NCBI GenBank assembly: GCA_964016885.1
Contig: OZ024741.1
Span: 294,066,001 to 294,130,000 of the forward strand
Direction of reading: 5' to 3'
Length of the DNA stretch: 64,000 bases
Source: Eledone cirrhosa
Lineage: Eukaryota
Position numbers and translations under genes: made by a program. This document shows positions 25,300-39,346 of the stretch, piece after piece. The number at the start of each line of letters is the position of its first letter. The first letter of the stretch is position 1. Below the pieces are notes generated by a model. It saw only the letters and a program-made list of their open reading frames with translations, did no database searches and was not told the DNA's origin.

Positions 25300-25870
25300 G
25301 ATGAATTAAGTGCAAGAAATGAAGGAGCTGATGCAGTAATGTACCAGCTTCAACATTTGGTAATCAAAATAAGGAAAGTAGATGTAAAAGCCAAACTCAC
25401 TATCTTCAATTTGGTATTCATGCCAACCCATACCCATGGTCATGAATCATGGGTAATGACTGAAAGAATATGATCATGAATACAAGCAGCTGAAGTGGGT
25501 TTTTCCAAAAGGTTTGGGAACAACTTTTCCTCGATAGAGTCTGTAGCTCAGAAATCAGAGAGTCGCTCCAGGTAGCACTGCTACTTCTCTGAATTGAGAG
25601 ATCACAGCTCCCATATTATGGGTATCTGGTTATAATGTCTCAAGAAAGAATCACTGAACAGATTTTATGGGCAAAACCAACCGGCAGGTGACCCAGGGGT
25701 AGATCTTGAGCAAGATGGTTGGATAACATCCATGAGCTTGGCTGGTCTCAATTGGAGATCCAGCTAGATCAGGTGGAGATGATTGTTTCTGACAGGACCA
25801 GTAGGAAGATGTGTTTGAGGACTCTGCCCCCAATGAACCTCCCAGGAATAAGTGGGTGACAAAGAAGAAA
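25300..25870 (+). mobile_element. Degenerate RTE (Expander/Rex3-like) 3' fragment
   Basis: HGHESWVMTERI..IQAAEVGF; 3' end similar to 13660-13740, 14150-14270 and 26400-26570 (minus). Confidence 0.65.
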
Positions 25871-27008
25871 CTATATAGAAACTGGTCATATGTGTGAGAG
25901 TGCGTGTGTAGTTATAGCTACCAGTGTTGTTTGTTTATATCCCATAACTTTGAAATTTAATCAACAAAGATCAATGGAATAAGAAGATAGCATGGTCGAT
26001 ATTGAGGCTGAAAGAAATTAAAAGAATACATTAACCTCTTTGATATCAACACTGCCCAGAATAGTTCTAGATCTATGAAATAAACTCAACCATTTTAAAG
26101 GGTTCCTTTTTAAATTAATATCTTCTATAGATTAAGTTACTATCTTATTAATGAGATGATTAATAATTAATGATTTTAGTAAAACCCTCAAAACCCTTCT
26201 TTCATTAATTGAAACAGAATGTATTTCATAAGAAATATGATCAGAATATGGTAATACATATTATATTTATTGAGAATTACATTTTAGAAGCTGCAGGCTT
26301 GTTTAGCAATATTATGTATAGATAATTGAAACTATTCAATACGTCTTTTTAGCAGCATATATAGCAAAACCTGTCTGCAGCTCATAGAATATTCTTCTTT
26401 TACTGTGCCAACTTTTGGGAGGGTCATGAGGGGGAAGAGTCCTCAACACTCTTTCCAGGGGGTCCTGTCAGAAGCAACCATCTCCAATTGTTCTGGCAAG
26501 ATCCCCAAGTGAGACCAACCAAGCTCAAACCATATTGCTCTGGGTTATTTGCCAGTTGGTTTTGCCTGTAAAATCTTTCTTATATGCAGATACCCTAACC
26601 ATCCCATTAGATATATCAGATGTATTTATACATTGGAACAGGGTCAGTACCAGACTATTTGGAGACCCTACGCAAGAAAAATTATTTTGATTCTCACACA
26701 CAAAAAGACAATATTGCCAACACCACTTTTGAAAACATGTTAAATCTTAGCAGTTTTGAGTCAGGCTGTGATCTATGCAGTAGGTGGCTGCCTGGTTGAT
26801 CTAAGGCTAGTAATAGCCTTACACAATCACACGCATATATGTGTGTGTGTTTATACACCTATTTATTTCATATAGAAATGACTTTTACAGGAATTGAACT
26901 ATTTCATTTATTTGAAATCATTAGGGCTTTTGCAATGTTAAAGCAACAATGATGATGATCAATAATATATATGTGTGTGTTTGTCTGTGTATGTGCTTTA
27001 TATATAAA

Positions 27009-27039
<31 letters not shown>

Positions 27040-27210
27040 TATTAAGGTTAAATAGTGAAATTTGTGACCTCAGGACTTTTGCCTGGGCCATCAGACAAGA
27101 GCACACACACATGCACATATATATGCAAAGGGGAAACAGAAACAACAAAACAAATAAGACTGTAAAATGAAGATATTTATTAGTTTAATGATTGATATAG
27201 TAGGAAAAGA

Positions 27211-27246
27211 TTCTTAATGTTTAGGACACTAGTCCTTCATCAGAAG
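27211..27246 (-). ncRNA. Decayed minimal hammerhead ribozyme
   Basis: CTT-CTGATGA-A-GGAC-TAGT-GTCC-TAAAC-ATT-AAG; expected GAAACGTT carries two substitutions. Confidence 0.6.
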
Positions 27247-27466
27247 CTAGAATGAGATATAAAAGACGAAATAGAATGGTAAAGTGTGAGAATATGAGGG
27301 AACAGAAAAAAATGTTTCAAGAAAAAGCAAGTGTGAGTGCAGTCATCCATTTTGTGGAAGAAATATTATGGTGTGTGTGTATGTGTATCCAAGAAATGGC
27401 AACATGAATATATAAACACACACATATACATATACTATACTATGCATATACATATTTGTGTATCAT

Positions 27467-27524
27467 CAGAATGTATTTCATAAGAAATATGATCAGAATA
27501 TGGTAATACATATTATATTTATTG
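27467..27524 (+). repeat. 58-bp exact copy of 26215-26272 with flanking 9-nt duplication
   Basis: CAGAATGTATTTCATAAG...TATTTATTG identical; TGTATCATC at 27459-27467 and 27523-27531. Confidence 0.85.
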
Positions 27525-27814
27525 TATCATCTCCATCGTTTTGATTATCATTTGATGTCTGTTTTCCCTTTTTGCAAAAGTTGGATGGGTCATCACAGAT
27601 CATGTGTGTATGTAATCAGAGTTACTAACCTATCCAATTGGTAAAGGGGCTAAATCTAACGTATATGTTCCCAAACTCTACAATTTTCAGTGGGTGAATT
27701 TACCATGGCACTAGTTCTTGATAGGTTTGCATGTTTTTGACACAACTGGTGTGTCCCCTCAATTCATTCTTTGGCATGTTTTCAATGTATGCATGTATAA
27801 ATATATATATATAT

Positions 27815-28187
27815 ATAAATTAATAAAAATAATGAATAAAAACAAAGAAACAGTTCCTTATATTAAAAAATTCATCATTTTACGATCGTTTCTAGGCTAT
27901 ATATGTGTGTGTTGGTATGTATATCATATAGATCTATGTAAAATGTTTACAAACTATCAGAGGGAATATACATACCTACACATATATATGCTGTCTTCAG
28001 AAAAAAGACAGCATATATATGTGTAGGTATGTATATTCCCTCTGATAGTTTGTAAAAATGTTACTTAGATCTATATGATATACATACCAACACACACATA
28101 TATAGCCTAGAAACGATCGTAAAATGATGAATTTTTTAATATAAGGAACTGTTTCTTTGTTTTTATTCATTATTTTTATTAATTTAT
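27815..28187. repeat. Near-perfect palindrome, arms about 183 bp, 7-nt loop
   Basis: Centre CTGTCTT-CAGAAAA-AAGACAG; ORFs 27718(+) and 27997(-) give the same peptide. Confidence 0.95.
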
Positions 28188-28332
28188 CTTGATTCTGTTC
28201 TCCTGTGTTTTTCATCTAAAAAAAATTTTGAATACATCTCTTTTCATGATATTTGGATTACATTGAGTTCTTCATACGGATTGGGCACTACCGTATATTT
28301 TGGTAGATTTATCTACATATATATATATATAT

Positions 28333-28626
28333 ATAAAGTGTCTTGCTCAAGGAAACAACACAGACCGGGTGATGTGTTGTTTCCTTGAGCAAGACACTTT
28401 ATTTCACATTGCTCCAGTTTACTCAGCTGTAGAAATGAGATGATAGGGACTGGGGTCCCTATCATTCCACTGTAAAGTGGACGTGTAGGTGCCACGGCAA
28501 AAAAGCACCCAGCACTCACTGTAAATGAGGTTGGTGTTAGGAAGGGCATCCAGCTGTAGAAATAAAGCCAGAATCAGTTCCCGTCCCACCCTTGCAAGCA
28601 GAGAAAAGCGGACGTAAAATGAAATG

Positions 28627-28628
<2 letters not shown>
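28333..28628 (+). mobile_element. SINE-A, 5'-truncated, with 30-bp inverted duplication at its 5' end
   Basis: 28333-28362 is the reverse complement of 28373-28402. Confidence 0.88.
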
Positions 28629-28663
<35 letters not shown>

Positions 28664-29091
28664 AAATTAATAAGAGAGAGAAATACTTATGTATATACTT
28701 TTATTTGTATATATAAATATACACACATACACATATATGACAGAATTTATACAAGCGGATATTTCAGCATAAGGATTGGATATAATACTGGCATTTTGTT
28801 ATAGAATTGTGAGCAATGCAACATTTTCATACCACCTGAAATATTCAAATCTGATTGGTTGTGATCAATATTGTAACCATGTCAACCAAACAGTTAATGG
28901 TTGCTACATCCATAATACTTATTCTTACAATTTCACAAGTGATTATTACATATTTCAAGAGTTGCGTTACAAAGTGCTCATAATTCTGTAAAAGCTAAAA
29001 CTATAATAAAAACAATATTAATAATAAGACAATATTAATTCTAAAAACAATAATAATAAGAACAATAAAAGTAGTTATAATATTAAGAATA

Positions 29092-29398
29092 GAATATAAA
29101 GATTTGGAGATAAAAATAACCCAAATGTGGATGTTGAAAACAGAAACAATCCTTATAATAATAGGTGTTCTGGGAATGATAAAAATTCACACAGATAGAT
29201 ACGTAACCTAAACTCCACGACTTAGAAATATATACAACATACAGAAGATAACACTACTAGGCATTTATGCATATTAGGAAGAATACTCTTAATACAAAAT
29301 CATAAACAACACCAAAAACAAAACTGCACATAATCAAGATGCACAGAATTGGGCTCAGAGATGCAATGCAATAAAAATATGACTGGTGATGATGATGA
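29092..29398 (+). mobile_element. Dong/R4-like (RLE) non-LTR element, 3' fragment
   Basis: EYKDLEIKITQMWMLKTETILIIIGVLGMIK...IQKITLLG; follows a degenerate (TAA)n tract. Confidence 0.75.
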
Positions 29399-29477
29399 TC
29401 TTTAATTTTAGATACAATAACAAGTTTTGTTCGTCAACTGAATCAATCCAATATATTACTAGTAAAGGGTAAAGAAA

Positions 29478-29780
29478 CTGGGATTTGCATCTAGAAAGAT
29501 ACTCTTCGAGGTACAAATCTGGACAAGGTTGTTTGTGGAAGACCAGCAGTCAGCCAGTCATACCAGTCTCCCCTCTGCACACCACCAATGTAGTCCAAGG
29601 GAAAGGCAATTGCCAATATGACTTGGCACCAGTGATGTCACAATTCATTTCTACAGCTGAGTGAACTGGAGTAACATGAAATAAAGTGTCATGCTCAAGA
29701 ACACAATGCAAAGCCCAGTCCAAGAATTGAACTCACAACCTTGAGATTGTAAGCCTGATTCTCTTACCACTAAGCCAATC
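29478..29780 (-). mobile_element. SINE-C copy
   Basis: Homologous to 21850-22173. Confidence 0.75.
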
Positions 29781-30262
29781 ACCATCATATTACTAGTATT
29801 TTATTCAAATTAAGAAAGAAAATATACAAAAACAAAACATGCTATTAAAAGGAACAAGAAAAGGAAATGAAAAGAAAAAAAAGAAGGAAAAAACAATTGA
29901 GCAATGGAAGAAAGGGAGAGGGTGAGGTCAGATTTAGATGTTGGAGTAGGGCACTTCAGGTTTGGGGGACCTCTCATATACAAAAATTAGAATACTCAGC
30001 AAATCCTCAATTTTACAGGACAAAGTCAGCCTGGCACAAGTAATTGGAATTGAAAAGTTATACATACAGGTATTAAATAAATAAAAAATCTAACCACCCT
30101 CATTTTACATCCACTTTTCACACTGGCATGGTTGTCACAGTCTGAGACCAGACATACCAGACTGACCTCATCTTGTTCATACATTATATATTTGGCATGG
30201 TTTCTATGGCTTGATATCTGGTTGTAAAGTGATGATGATGAAGATACATATATATATAATTA

Positions 30263-30648
30263 TCATCGCTAGCATGGGTTAGACGGGTCCCATTTAGAGG
30301 CAAGTTGGGTCGGGTGACTGTGTCTCTCTCATATAGGGGTGTTTCTGGCTGGTTTTCTACAGCTGGATGCCCTTCCTAATGCCAACCATATTGACAGCGT
30401 GTGCTGGGTGCTTTTTGCCATGTGTTTTACACATCCACTTTACAGTGTGGGCTGGGTGATTTTTGCTGTGTCTTTGGCACATCCACTTTACAGTGTGGGC
30501 TGGGTGGTTTTTGCTGTGTCTTTGGCACATCCACTTTACAGTGTGGGCTGGGTGGTTTTTGCTGTGTCTTTGGCACATCCACTTTACAGTGTGGAATGGG
30601 TGGTTTTTGCCGTGTCTTTTACATGTCCACTTTACCATGTGGGCTGGG
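30263..30648 (-). mobile_element. SINE-A-related copy with about five 48-bp internal units
   Basis: ACATCCACTTTACAGT recurs at 30431, 30479, 30527, 30575. Confidence 0.8.
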
Positions 30649-30687
30649 TATATATTTGAAAATGTGTGCAATCCTTGATACAGTTAG

Positions 30688-30870
30688 ATATATTTGAAAA
30701 AAGGAAAAGAATGACTTCACTTGTAGTTCTAAACAATTTGATTTTATAATATTATAATTTTACAATTTAGTTTTGTACATCTTCAAAACCAAATCGTAAA
30801 ATTATAACATTATAAAATTAAATTATTTAGAACTACAAGTGAAGCCATTCTTTTCCTTTTCTCAAATATA
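30688..30870. repeat. Fold-back palindrome, arms about 87 bp
   Basis: GGAAAAGAATGACTTCACTTGTAGTTCTAAA versus TTTAGAACTACAAGTGAAGCCATTCTTTTCC. Confidence 0.88.
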
Positions 30871-30880
30871 TATATATATA

Positions 30881-30952
<72 letters not shown>

Positions 30953-33015
30953 CTGACAGACAGACAGAGAGAAAGGGAGAGATGTAAAATCCCAACCGCA
31001 GCACCAAGCTTAATCAGCTCTCCACTATGGTCAGGATTTTATATATCTCTATACCCACTCTCGATCTCCTCATACATTGAGTACTCCCATGATTAGTGGT
31101 CTCCCTAGTCTCAGCACTACAGACATTATACATATATATATGTGTGTGGTCGTATGTAGCACATGTGCATGTGATACATTCAATTATATAGTTTTCATAT
31201 CATGTCAAGAGGAAAATTATACAACCATGAAAGTTTTAACTGTTCACAATTATTTTCCTTTGTATATGTTTGTTTTATCAGCAAATGGAATATATTTTTG
31301 TTTGTAAATATTTTTTTAATATATTATCCAAGATTATTGGATATGTTTTTTAAAAAATGTATATATATATAAATTCATATCAACACCATCATTTTCATCA
31401 TTCATCATACATTATATATATTCACACACATATATGTATACATATATATGTGTGTGTCCATTTCCCACCTAGATTTTCAATTTCTTGAAGCTATTTTATA
31501 TTGGAGGTAAGAGAATTCCAGACACATTGTCTGAGAAAATTCCCATCATTCTAATAATTATGTGGTTTTAATGATGCTGTGAGAAAAATGTGTATGATAT
31601 GAGTATGTGGAATTATGTTTGTGGTTTTCTGTTTCCACTTGTTAATGTCTGTATATGTGTTGTGTTGTATTTCTGTTTGTTTATATCTTATACATCGATG
31701 GTTTTCGTAAGTGCTTGGCATGTTTGTTTTGCTTAGTTCCTTTATTTTCATTACCAAACTACAATTCATACTTCCATTGTAAGACCACATTATGTTGTTA
31801 TTTCAGGAGTGGTGGGCATGTTGTTCTTAGACTTCCAGTTTATGGGAAATATTTATTATCAAAATAAAACCAAACAAAAAAACTTAAACCAAACAAAACA
31901 AAATGTACTTTAATATATTTACGATTTGATAGAGATCAATGGCTGGCCTAATGGGTAGGGTGTTGGATTTATACTCATAATGCTGTGGGTTCAATTCCTT
32001 GACCTGGTTGCACATTGTGTCCATAAGCAAGATGGCTCATTTTCTGTTACTCCTATTGACTCGCCTTGACAACAATGAGTAGCAGCTGCAGTTGGGTGTT
32101 AACTTCTGCAACAAACTGGCATCTCGATAGTACTTAGGCCTCTATCATTAAAAATATGCAAGAAAGCCCTAATGAGATTCAACCTTGTTAGAAGCCAGCT
32201 AAACCTCCATACATTTAGATGATCTTTAGACAGTGTCAGATTTAGGACAAATAAGTCCCTGTGCTAGTTAAGTTATGAGGTCCCAAACATTTGAAAAATT
32301 CTTTGTGAAAAATATTTTTGGCAGTAAAATGGGTTCCCCTTGTCCAACATAAGCACACATAAGCACAAGGGTAAATCTGGCACTGGCCTTAGGAAGCAAA
32401 CTTAATGTTTGGGAGGTAAATTTAATGTTTAGATGATAGGCATAATCAGTTACCTGGCTTAACACCACTATGTTTGTTTATTGTAGACGTTTACATGATA
32501 TATGCCAGTTGTAAGGGAGAATTAAAGTCTAACACGAAGCTGGACATGCAGACAAATATGCAGCCACACATGCAATGATCACTAGAGTTGTGGAAATTAC
32601 AAAATAGTTCCATGTGTTGGTTAGAAATTGTTCAATATAACAATACATAATAACTGGTTCAGCAGGAAATTGGTTAATAGACTTCCAAGTTGTTTAGTCT
32701 AGCAAATATAATATATAAAAAAACTGTGCTTTAATTACCAACTACATACACACACACACACACACACACATATGTATATGTATATATGTTTATATATATA
32801 TAAATGTTTATGTATATATATATGTGTGTATGCATATATATATATATATATATACATTTGTGTGGGTGTGTCTATATGCATATATATATATATATATGTA
32901 TACAACTGTAGCAAAAAAATGTATACACATTTCAACAGTATTCTAATAAATATGTGTATATATATGTTTATGTATGTGTATATATATATATGCATATATA
33001 TATATATATATATGT

Positions 33016-33053
<38 letters not shown>

Positions 33054-33082
33054 ACATATGTATATATATATATGTATACATA

Positions 33083-33557
33083 TCATCATCATCATCATTT
33101 TACGTCTGTTTTTCCCTGCTTGCAAGGGTGGGATGGGTCTTATTCAGCACACCATCTCTCCACTTGTCACGGTCTTTCGTCATCTCCACCGTGAGCTTCA
33201 GCAATCTGAGGTCTGTTCTCACCACCTCCTCCCATGTTTTTCGTGGTTGACCTCTACCACGTCTTCCTTCAACTGGCATTTCTTGGCACTTCTTCACCCA
33301 TCGGTCATCCTCCATGCACATCACATATCCATACCACCTCAGTCTCCTCCCTCGCACACTACATTCTATCCCTCTCAGACACAGTTTCTCTTTCAACACA
33401 CTCATGCTGGGTCATTCACGCACATTGACATTGCACATCCAATGGAGCATGCTTGCCTCATTTCTCTCCATCTGTTGCATATCCTCTGCAGCTGCTGCCC
33501 ATGTCTCACTACCATGCAACATCGCGCTCCTCACACATGCATCATATAACCAGCCTA
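33083..33557 (-). mobile_element. RTE-B 3' fragment
   Basis: [17 protein letters not shown]...[10 protein letters not shown]; matches 6920-7400. Confidence 0.92.
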
Positions 33558-33782
33558 TGTATGAATATATATATATGTGTATGAGTGTGTGTGGGACCGT
33601 GTGTATAAGAATCCATATAGACAATCATGCAAGCAGTGAAGTATATAAACAAATAATATCAGAAATAAAAATATATATATATTTATATGACATTGATGAA
33701 GGGAATCATATGAAGTTAGTAAAGCAGAAACAGATTAAAGACATACAAAATCACAACAATCCATTGTATAGAAAAAACACTT

Positions 33783-33866
<84 letters not shown>

Positions 33867-34598
33867 CATATATACATACATATATAATATATCTGTGTGT
33901 TTATATGCATGTATGTATGTATATATATATATATATGATTTTGGATGGCCATTGACTCTTAAGAGCTCCTTTGCCCTTTGACAGTGTTTTTAGTCATGCA
34001 GGATGTCCAAAGTCACTCTCCTCACCAAGAAACTTTGGTGGGTTGCCAGTTTAGTCGCCAACAACCCGACCATGGGACAGGTTGTACTGGAATACATGTT
34101 ACCAGTAGCACCAAGTGGTGACCCCTTAGCCTTTGTCAAGGCAGAATTCTAAGAGAAGGAAAACTCTGATATAACACCTGCAACCCTGATGGTATCCAAT
34201 GATGTTGACTTGTTCTTCTTTTTGGTAAGTATCATCTTGTCTAAGAGAGTGGGACTGGCTTTGTGCAGTGCCTTTGCTCACTATAAAAGCTTCACTGCAC
34301 AGGCATTGCTTTATATCTGGAGATCTCTCTGCACTTGTCGTCACATGGTACCATGGGCCCAGCACTGTGTAAATAATTGTCACAAGTGTAGTGTTTGTAT
34401 CAGAGTTTTCAAGTAGCTGGCTGGACTAAAAAGTCACACTCGTCAGCGCATCGGTAGGGGTTCTCCTACATGGATATAAAGTGGTGGCCGTACTCGAAAA
34501 CGAGTTGGCAGCCACCATATATATATATATGCACATATCTGTGTGTGTGTGTATGTGCATATATATATATATATAGGAAAATAGTCAGGACCCCAACA

Positions 34599-35510
<912 letters not shown>

Positions 35511-36602
35511 TATATATATATATATATATATGCTATCAATATGGCACCAAATTAGCAGGCTGTCCTCGAATCAAATCACTCCACTATTTTCTATTCAATG
35601 TTTGGGGTCAACGTAATCCTGTTACATAATTCTGCAAATAACACCTGATGAAATCGCGTAGTCTTGCATCATAATCGAATGATAGAGCTAGGCAATCAAA
35701 ATATGTATAATGCTTTCATGGAATTAAAATTCTAAAGTAAATTTCCCATTCTGACCTTCTATTGTTCAAAGTTTAATTCAATTGGTTAATTTCCAATCAC
35801 AGTTGTTTTACAATATCACAGAGTATATATAAATTTGGTTGTTTTTTCAGAATGGCGATGTTTGGACATTATGTTATTTATATTGTTTAATAGATTCTGA
35901 GGAGATCAGTACAGAGGAAAAAATGGAATTTCTTACTGTATTGATAGTAACGTTTGTAAATCAGTTAAATAATTTAGTGTACTTTAATCCTGGTTATTTC
36001 TATTCTTTTTGTATATGTATATATATATATATGTGTGTGTGACGTTCAGTTTCTAAAGGTCTGTCTTCAGTACCTCAGCCCAAGTCTTTCTGGGTTTGCC
36101 TCTTCCATGTGTCCCAGTCACCGGAGTTTTTCAACATTTTGTTATGCAGCTGCTATCTTCCACACACACACACACACACACACATACACGCACACACGCA
36201 CACGTACACACACATGTACACACAACACATATATACTCGTGTAAAAGTCAATCGCATGTGAAGGTTGACCCTAGCTATTCACAGACAATAGATCAACATT
36301 TATGAATCAATATTCTACCCTCAATATGAATGTTATGATTAATTTTTCTTCTATTCTCTCCAGATGTGTATTTATGCCAAAAGATATGTGAGCTACATAA
36401 TAATATTAATATGGTTTAGTGAAAGCATGGTAATGTGTTTTTATGTGTAGAAATATTGCTCTTATTACTGTTAAAATGAAAAGATAACTAAATCTAACCT
36501 TTATTCAGTTAGAGGCCATTAGAGTTTCTGCATATGGATCAGGTATTTTGGATTATGGTGAAAATATCAACATCCTTAAATGTAGTGTCCATGTAATAGT
36601 TT

Positions 36603-36680
36603 ATCCCATAAATTTAACCTTAAAACGTAGTCTTAAAACATCATTTACATGAGAACACACACACATATATATATATAATA

Positions 36681-36732
<52 letters not shown>

Positions 36733-36804
36733 GTATATATATGTATATATGTTCTCATGTAAATGATATTTTGAGACTATTTTTTAAGGTTGAATTTATG
36801 GGAT
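36603..36804. repeat. 54-bp inverted arms flanking (TA)n
   Basis: ATCCCATAAATTTAACCTTAAAA..TTTACATGAGAAC versus GTTCTCATGTAAA..TTTATGGGAT. Confidence 0.8.
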
Positions 36805-37091
36805 CATATATATATGAAGGATTCAGGACCCCCAACGGCTGAGTTCCTGCTGTTCAACAGCTATCATCATCATTATCATCATTTAATGTCTACTTTCCAT
36901 GCTAGCATGGGTTAGATGGATTATCTCATTTGAGGCAAGTCAGGTCATGTGACTGTGTCTTGCTCATAGAAAACTGTTTCTGGCTTGGTTTCCTGACAAC
37001 AACCACATTTACAGTGAGTGCTAGGTACTTTTTGACATGTCACCAGCATGAACACTTTACAATGCGGTCTGGGTGCCTTTTATTGTGGCAC

Positions 37092-39346
37092 TTTAACGAA
37101 GGGTATTAGTTTTAGTTGTTAGATGGATTAACATGATTGTTGGAGGAAATAACAAGAATGGCCAATTTATTTTATATATAAATGTTTACTTCACTTCAGT
37201 CAAAAAGAACAATAAACAAGTTACCATGAGTTGCGAAGGTTGACAATGTTATTTTGTGTTGATTCATGAGGCTGGTGTAGTCTGAGACCAGGAGAGAGAG
37301 AGAGAGAGTAATGGTCTGTAGTTGACTGTAGACCACTGTGGCCTGTAGATAGAGGTGAATCTTTCACATAGCTTGTAATAGCGTACTGCTCCGATCTCTC
37401 TGTATGTCTGTAGACCTCTGGGGCCTGAAAGTAGCGGTAAATCTTTCACATAGCTTGTCTGTATCGTGGTGCTCCGATCTCTCTCATGTAAGGTGGGAAA
37501 ATACAGGCTTTATATACCTGTTGCTTTCTGTCTCCCACCTTGAGAGGATAGGGAAACACATGAACCTGTTCACACCAAAAGGGTGGTGACCTAGATTCAA
37601 GGTGTGGACAGATCTCGCTACATTAGTTCCCTACTCAGATCGGTGCAGGAACAACGATCGATTATAAAAGGGGTAGCGACATCTGATTCCAGAAGCGTGT
37701 CCCAAAACACACAAACTGTGGGTACAGCGCCCGCATTTCGAGTGTAGAAAAATTTGGAGAGAGAAAAAAAAAGATTGTATAACTGTGTATGCATGTGTGT
37801 GTGTAACATTTAGAAGAAACTGTAAATATACAAAGTTGTGATCATGTATTTCGAACTGTTGTGTTTGGATGCCTGAACATTGGGGTTACGGTATTGGATT
37901 ATGATATGATAACACAGAGGACTATTTCTCTCGATGTATTATCATACGTAAGATTCTCTTCCAGTGAGTCGAGGTTTATGCTATGACATGAGTTTGTGCA
38001 ATTTTGAGTTGCGTGCCTGGGTGAGTCCAAGCGTGCATGAGTGAGAGCGAGTCCAAGCAAGTATTACCCATGGGTTGATTATCATGTGTTTAATAGCTGT
38101 TGCCGAACCTTGATCCGTTGAATCTCGATGTATTATCATACGTAAGATGCTTTTCCAGTGAGTCGAGGTTTATGATATGACATGAGTGTATGCAATTTTG
38201 AGTTGCGTGCTTGAGTGAGTTCAAGCGAGTAGTAACCGTGGGTTGATTCTCATGTGTTTAATAGTTGTTGCTGTACCTCGACCAGTTGAAAAGTGATCTT
38301 GCAAAGACCCAACCGAATCCAGAATATACCATAGACAAAAACATGTTGGTGTGTGACAAAGAAAATGATGTGTGTTTGATGCAAAACGTGTATGTTGATA
38401 CAGGCATATAATACAGTAAAACGAATAAAAAAATAAAAATGGACGTTCATATATAACCTGTAAAAAAAATAAAAAAATATATTTATATAATCGTTCTTTA
38501 CAAAAAGTTCAGTTTTCTCTTCTTTATGTGATCATTTTCTTGCGAGGAAGCTAGTAGTATTGTCTGTTGTTGTTGTTGTTGTTGGAGATTACGAAACACA
38601 TGGTGAAGTGTTTGGTAATGAATCAAAACATAAAAGCGAAGTCACTGTAAATATTCTGTAGAATGGAAGTTTGGTGAATAATTTGAAAAGGTAAAGTTTT
38701 ATCATATCGTAGAAAAAAGGCTGCGTGTTGTTTTCTTTTTTTTTATAAATACCCCTTCGTATTATTTTTTTTATATATCACGTCGGGTTCACCAATTTAA
38801 CGATAGGTATTTGTAAGATATTGTTAGATGGATTAACATGGTTGTTAATGTAATAACAAGAATGGCCAATTTACTTAATATATAAAGGTTTACTTCACTT
38901 CAGTCAAAAAGAACAATAAACAAGTTACCATGAGATGCGAAGGTTGACAATGTTATTTTGTTGTTGGTTCATGAGGCTGGTGTAGTCTGCGACCAAGAAA
39001 GAGAGATAATGGTCTGTAGTTGACTGTAGACCACTGTGGCCTGTAGATAGCGGTGAATCTTTCACATAGCTTGTAATAGCGTACGGCTCCGATCGCTCTG
39101 TATGTCTGTAGACCTCTGGGGCCTGAAGGTAGCGGTGAATCTTTCACATAGCTTGTTTGTATCGTGGTGCTCTGATCTCTCTCATTATAACGTGAGAATA
39201 TACAGGCTTTATATACCTGTTGCTTTTTGTCTCCCACCTTGAGGGGATAGCCCACACATGAACCTGTTCACACCAAAAGGGTGATGACCTAGAGTTTGAC
39301 TTTTAGGTGTCACCCAAGGTTCAAGGTGTGGACAGATCTCACTACA
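37092..39346 (-). mobile_element. Non-autonomous LTR retroelement; LTRs 38796-39346 (5') and 37092-37622 (3')
   Basis: Direct repeats of 530-550 bp, TSD GCAC at 37088-37091 and 39347-39350, PBS, TATATAAA in both LTRs and AATAAA in the 3' LTR on minus strand, non-coding interior with about 170-bp tandem duplication. Confidence 0.92.
38777..38794 (-). promoter_or_regulatory. Primer-binding site, tRNA-Trp
   Basis: TGGTGAACCCGACGTGAT, 17/18 match to the tRNA-Trp PBS TGGTGACCCCGACGTGAT, 1 nt from the LTR. Confidence 0.9.

Noticed and set aside
27718-28215. Two ORFs with identical peptides on opposite strands
   Set aside because: Simple consequence of the palindrome
30400-30648. CRISPR-like periodicity
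   Set aside because: Units are contiguous with no unique spacers, there are no cas genes, and the array lies within a SINE
34395-34450. Minus-strand CTGACGA hammerhead candidate (also CTGATGA at 16610, 35645, 42131)
   Set aside because: No properly placed stem II, GAAA, stem III and stem I
35839-36042. Possible host exon after TTTTTTCAG
   Set aside because: No recognisable protein similarity and no convincing donor
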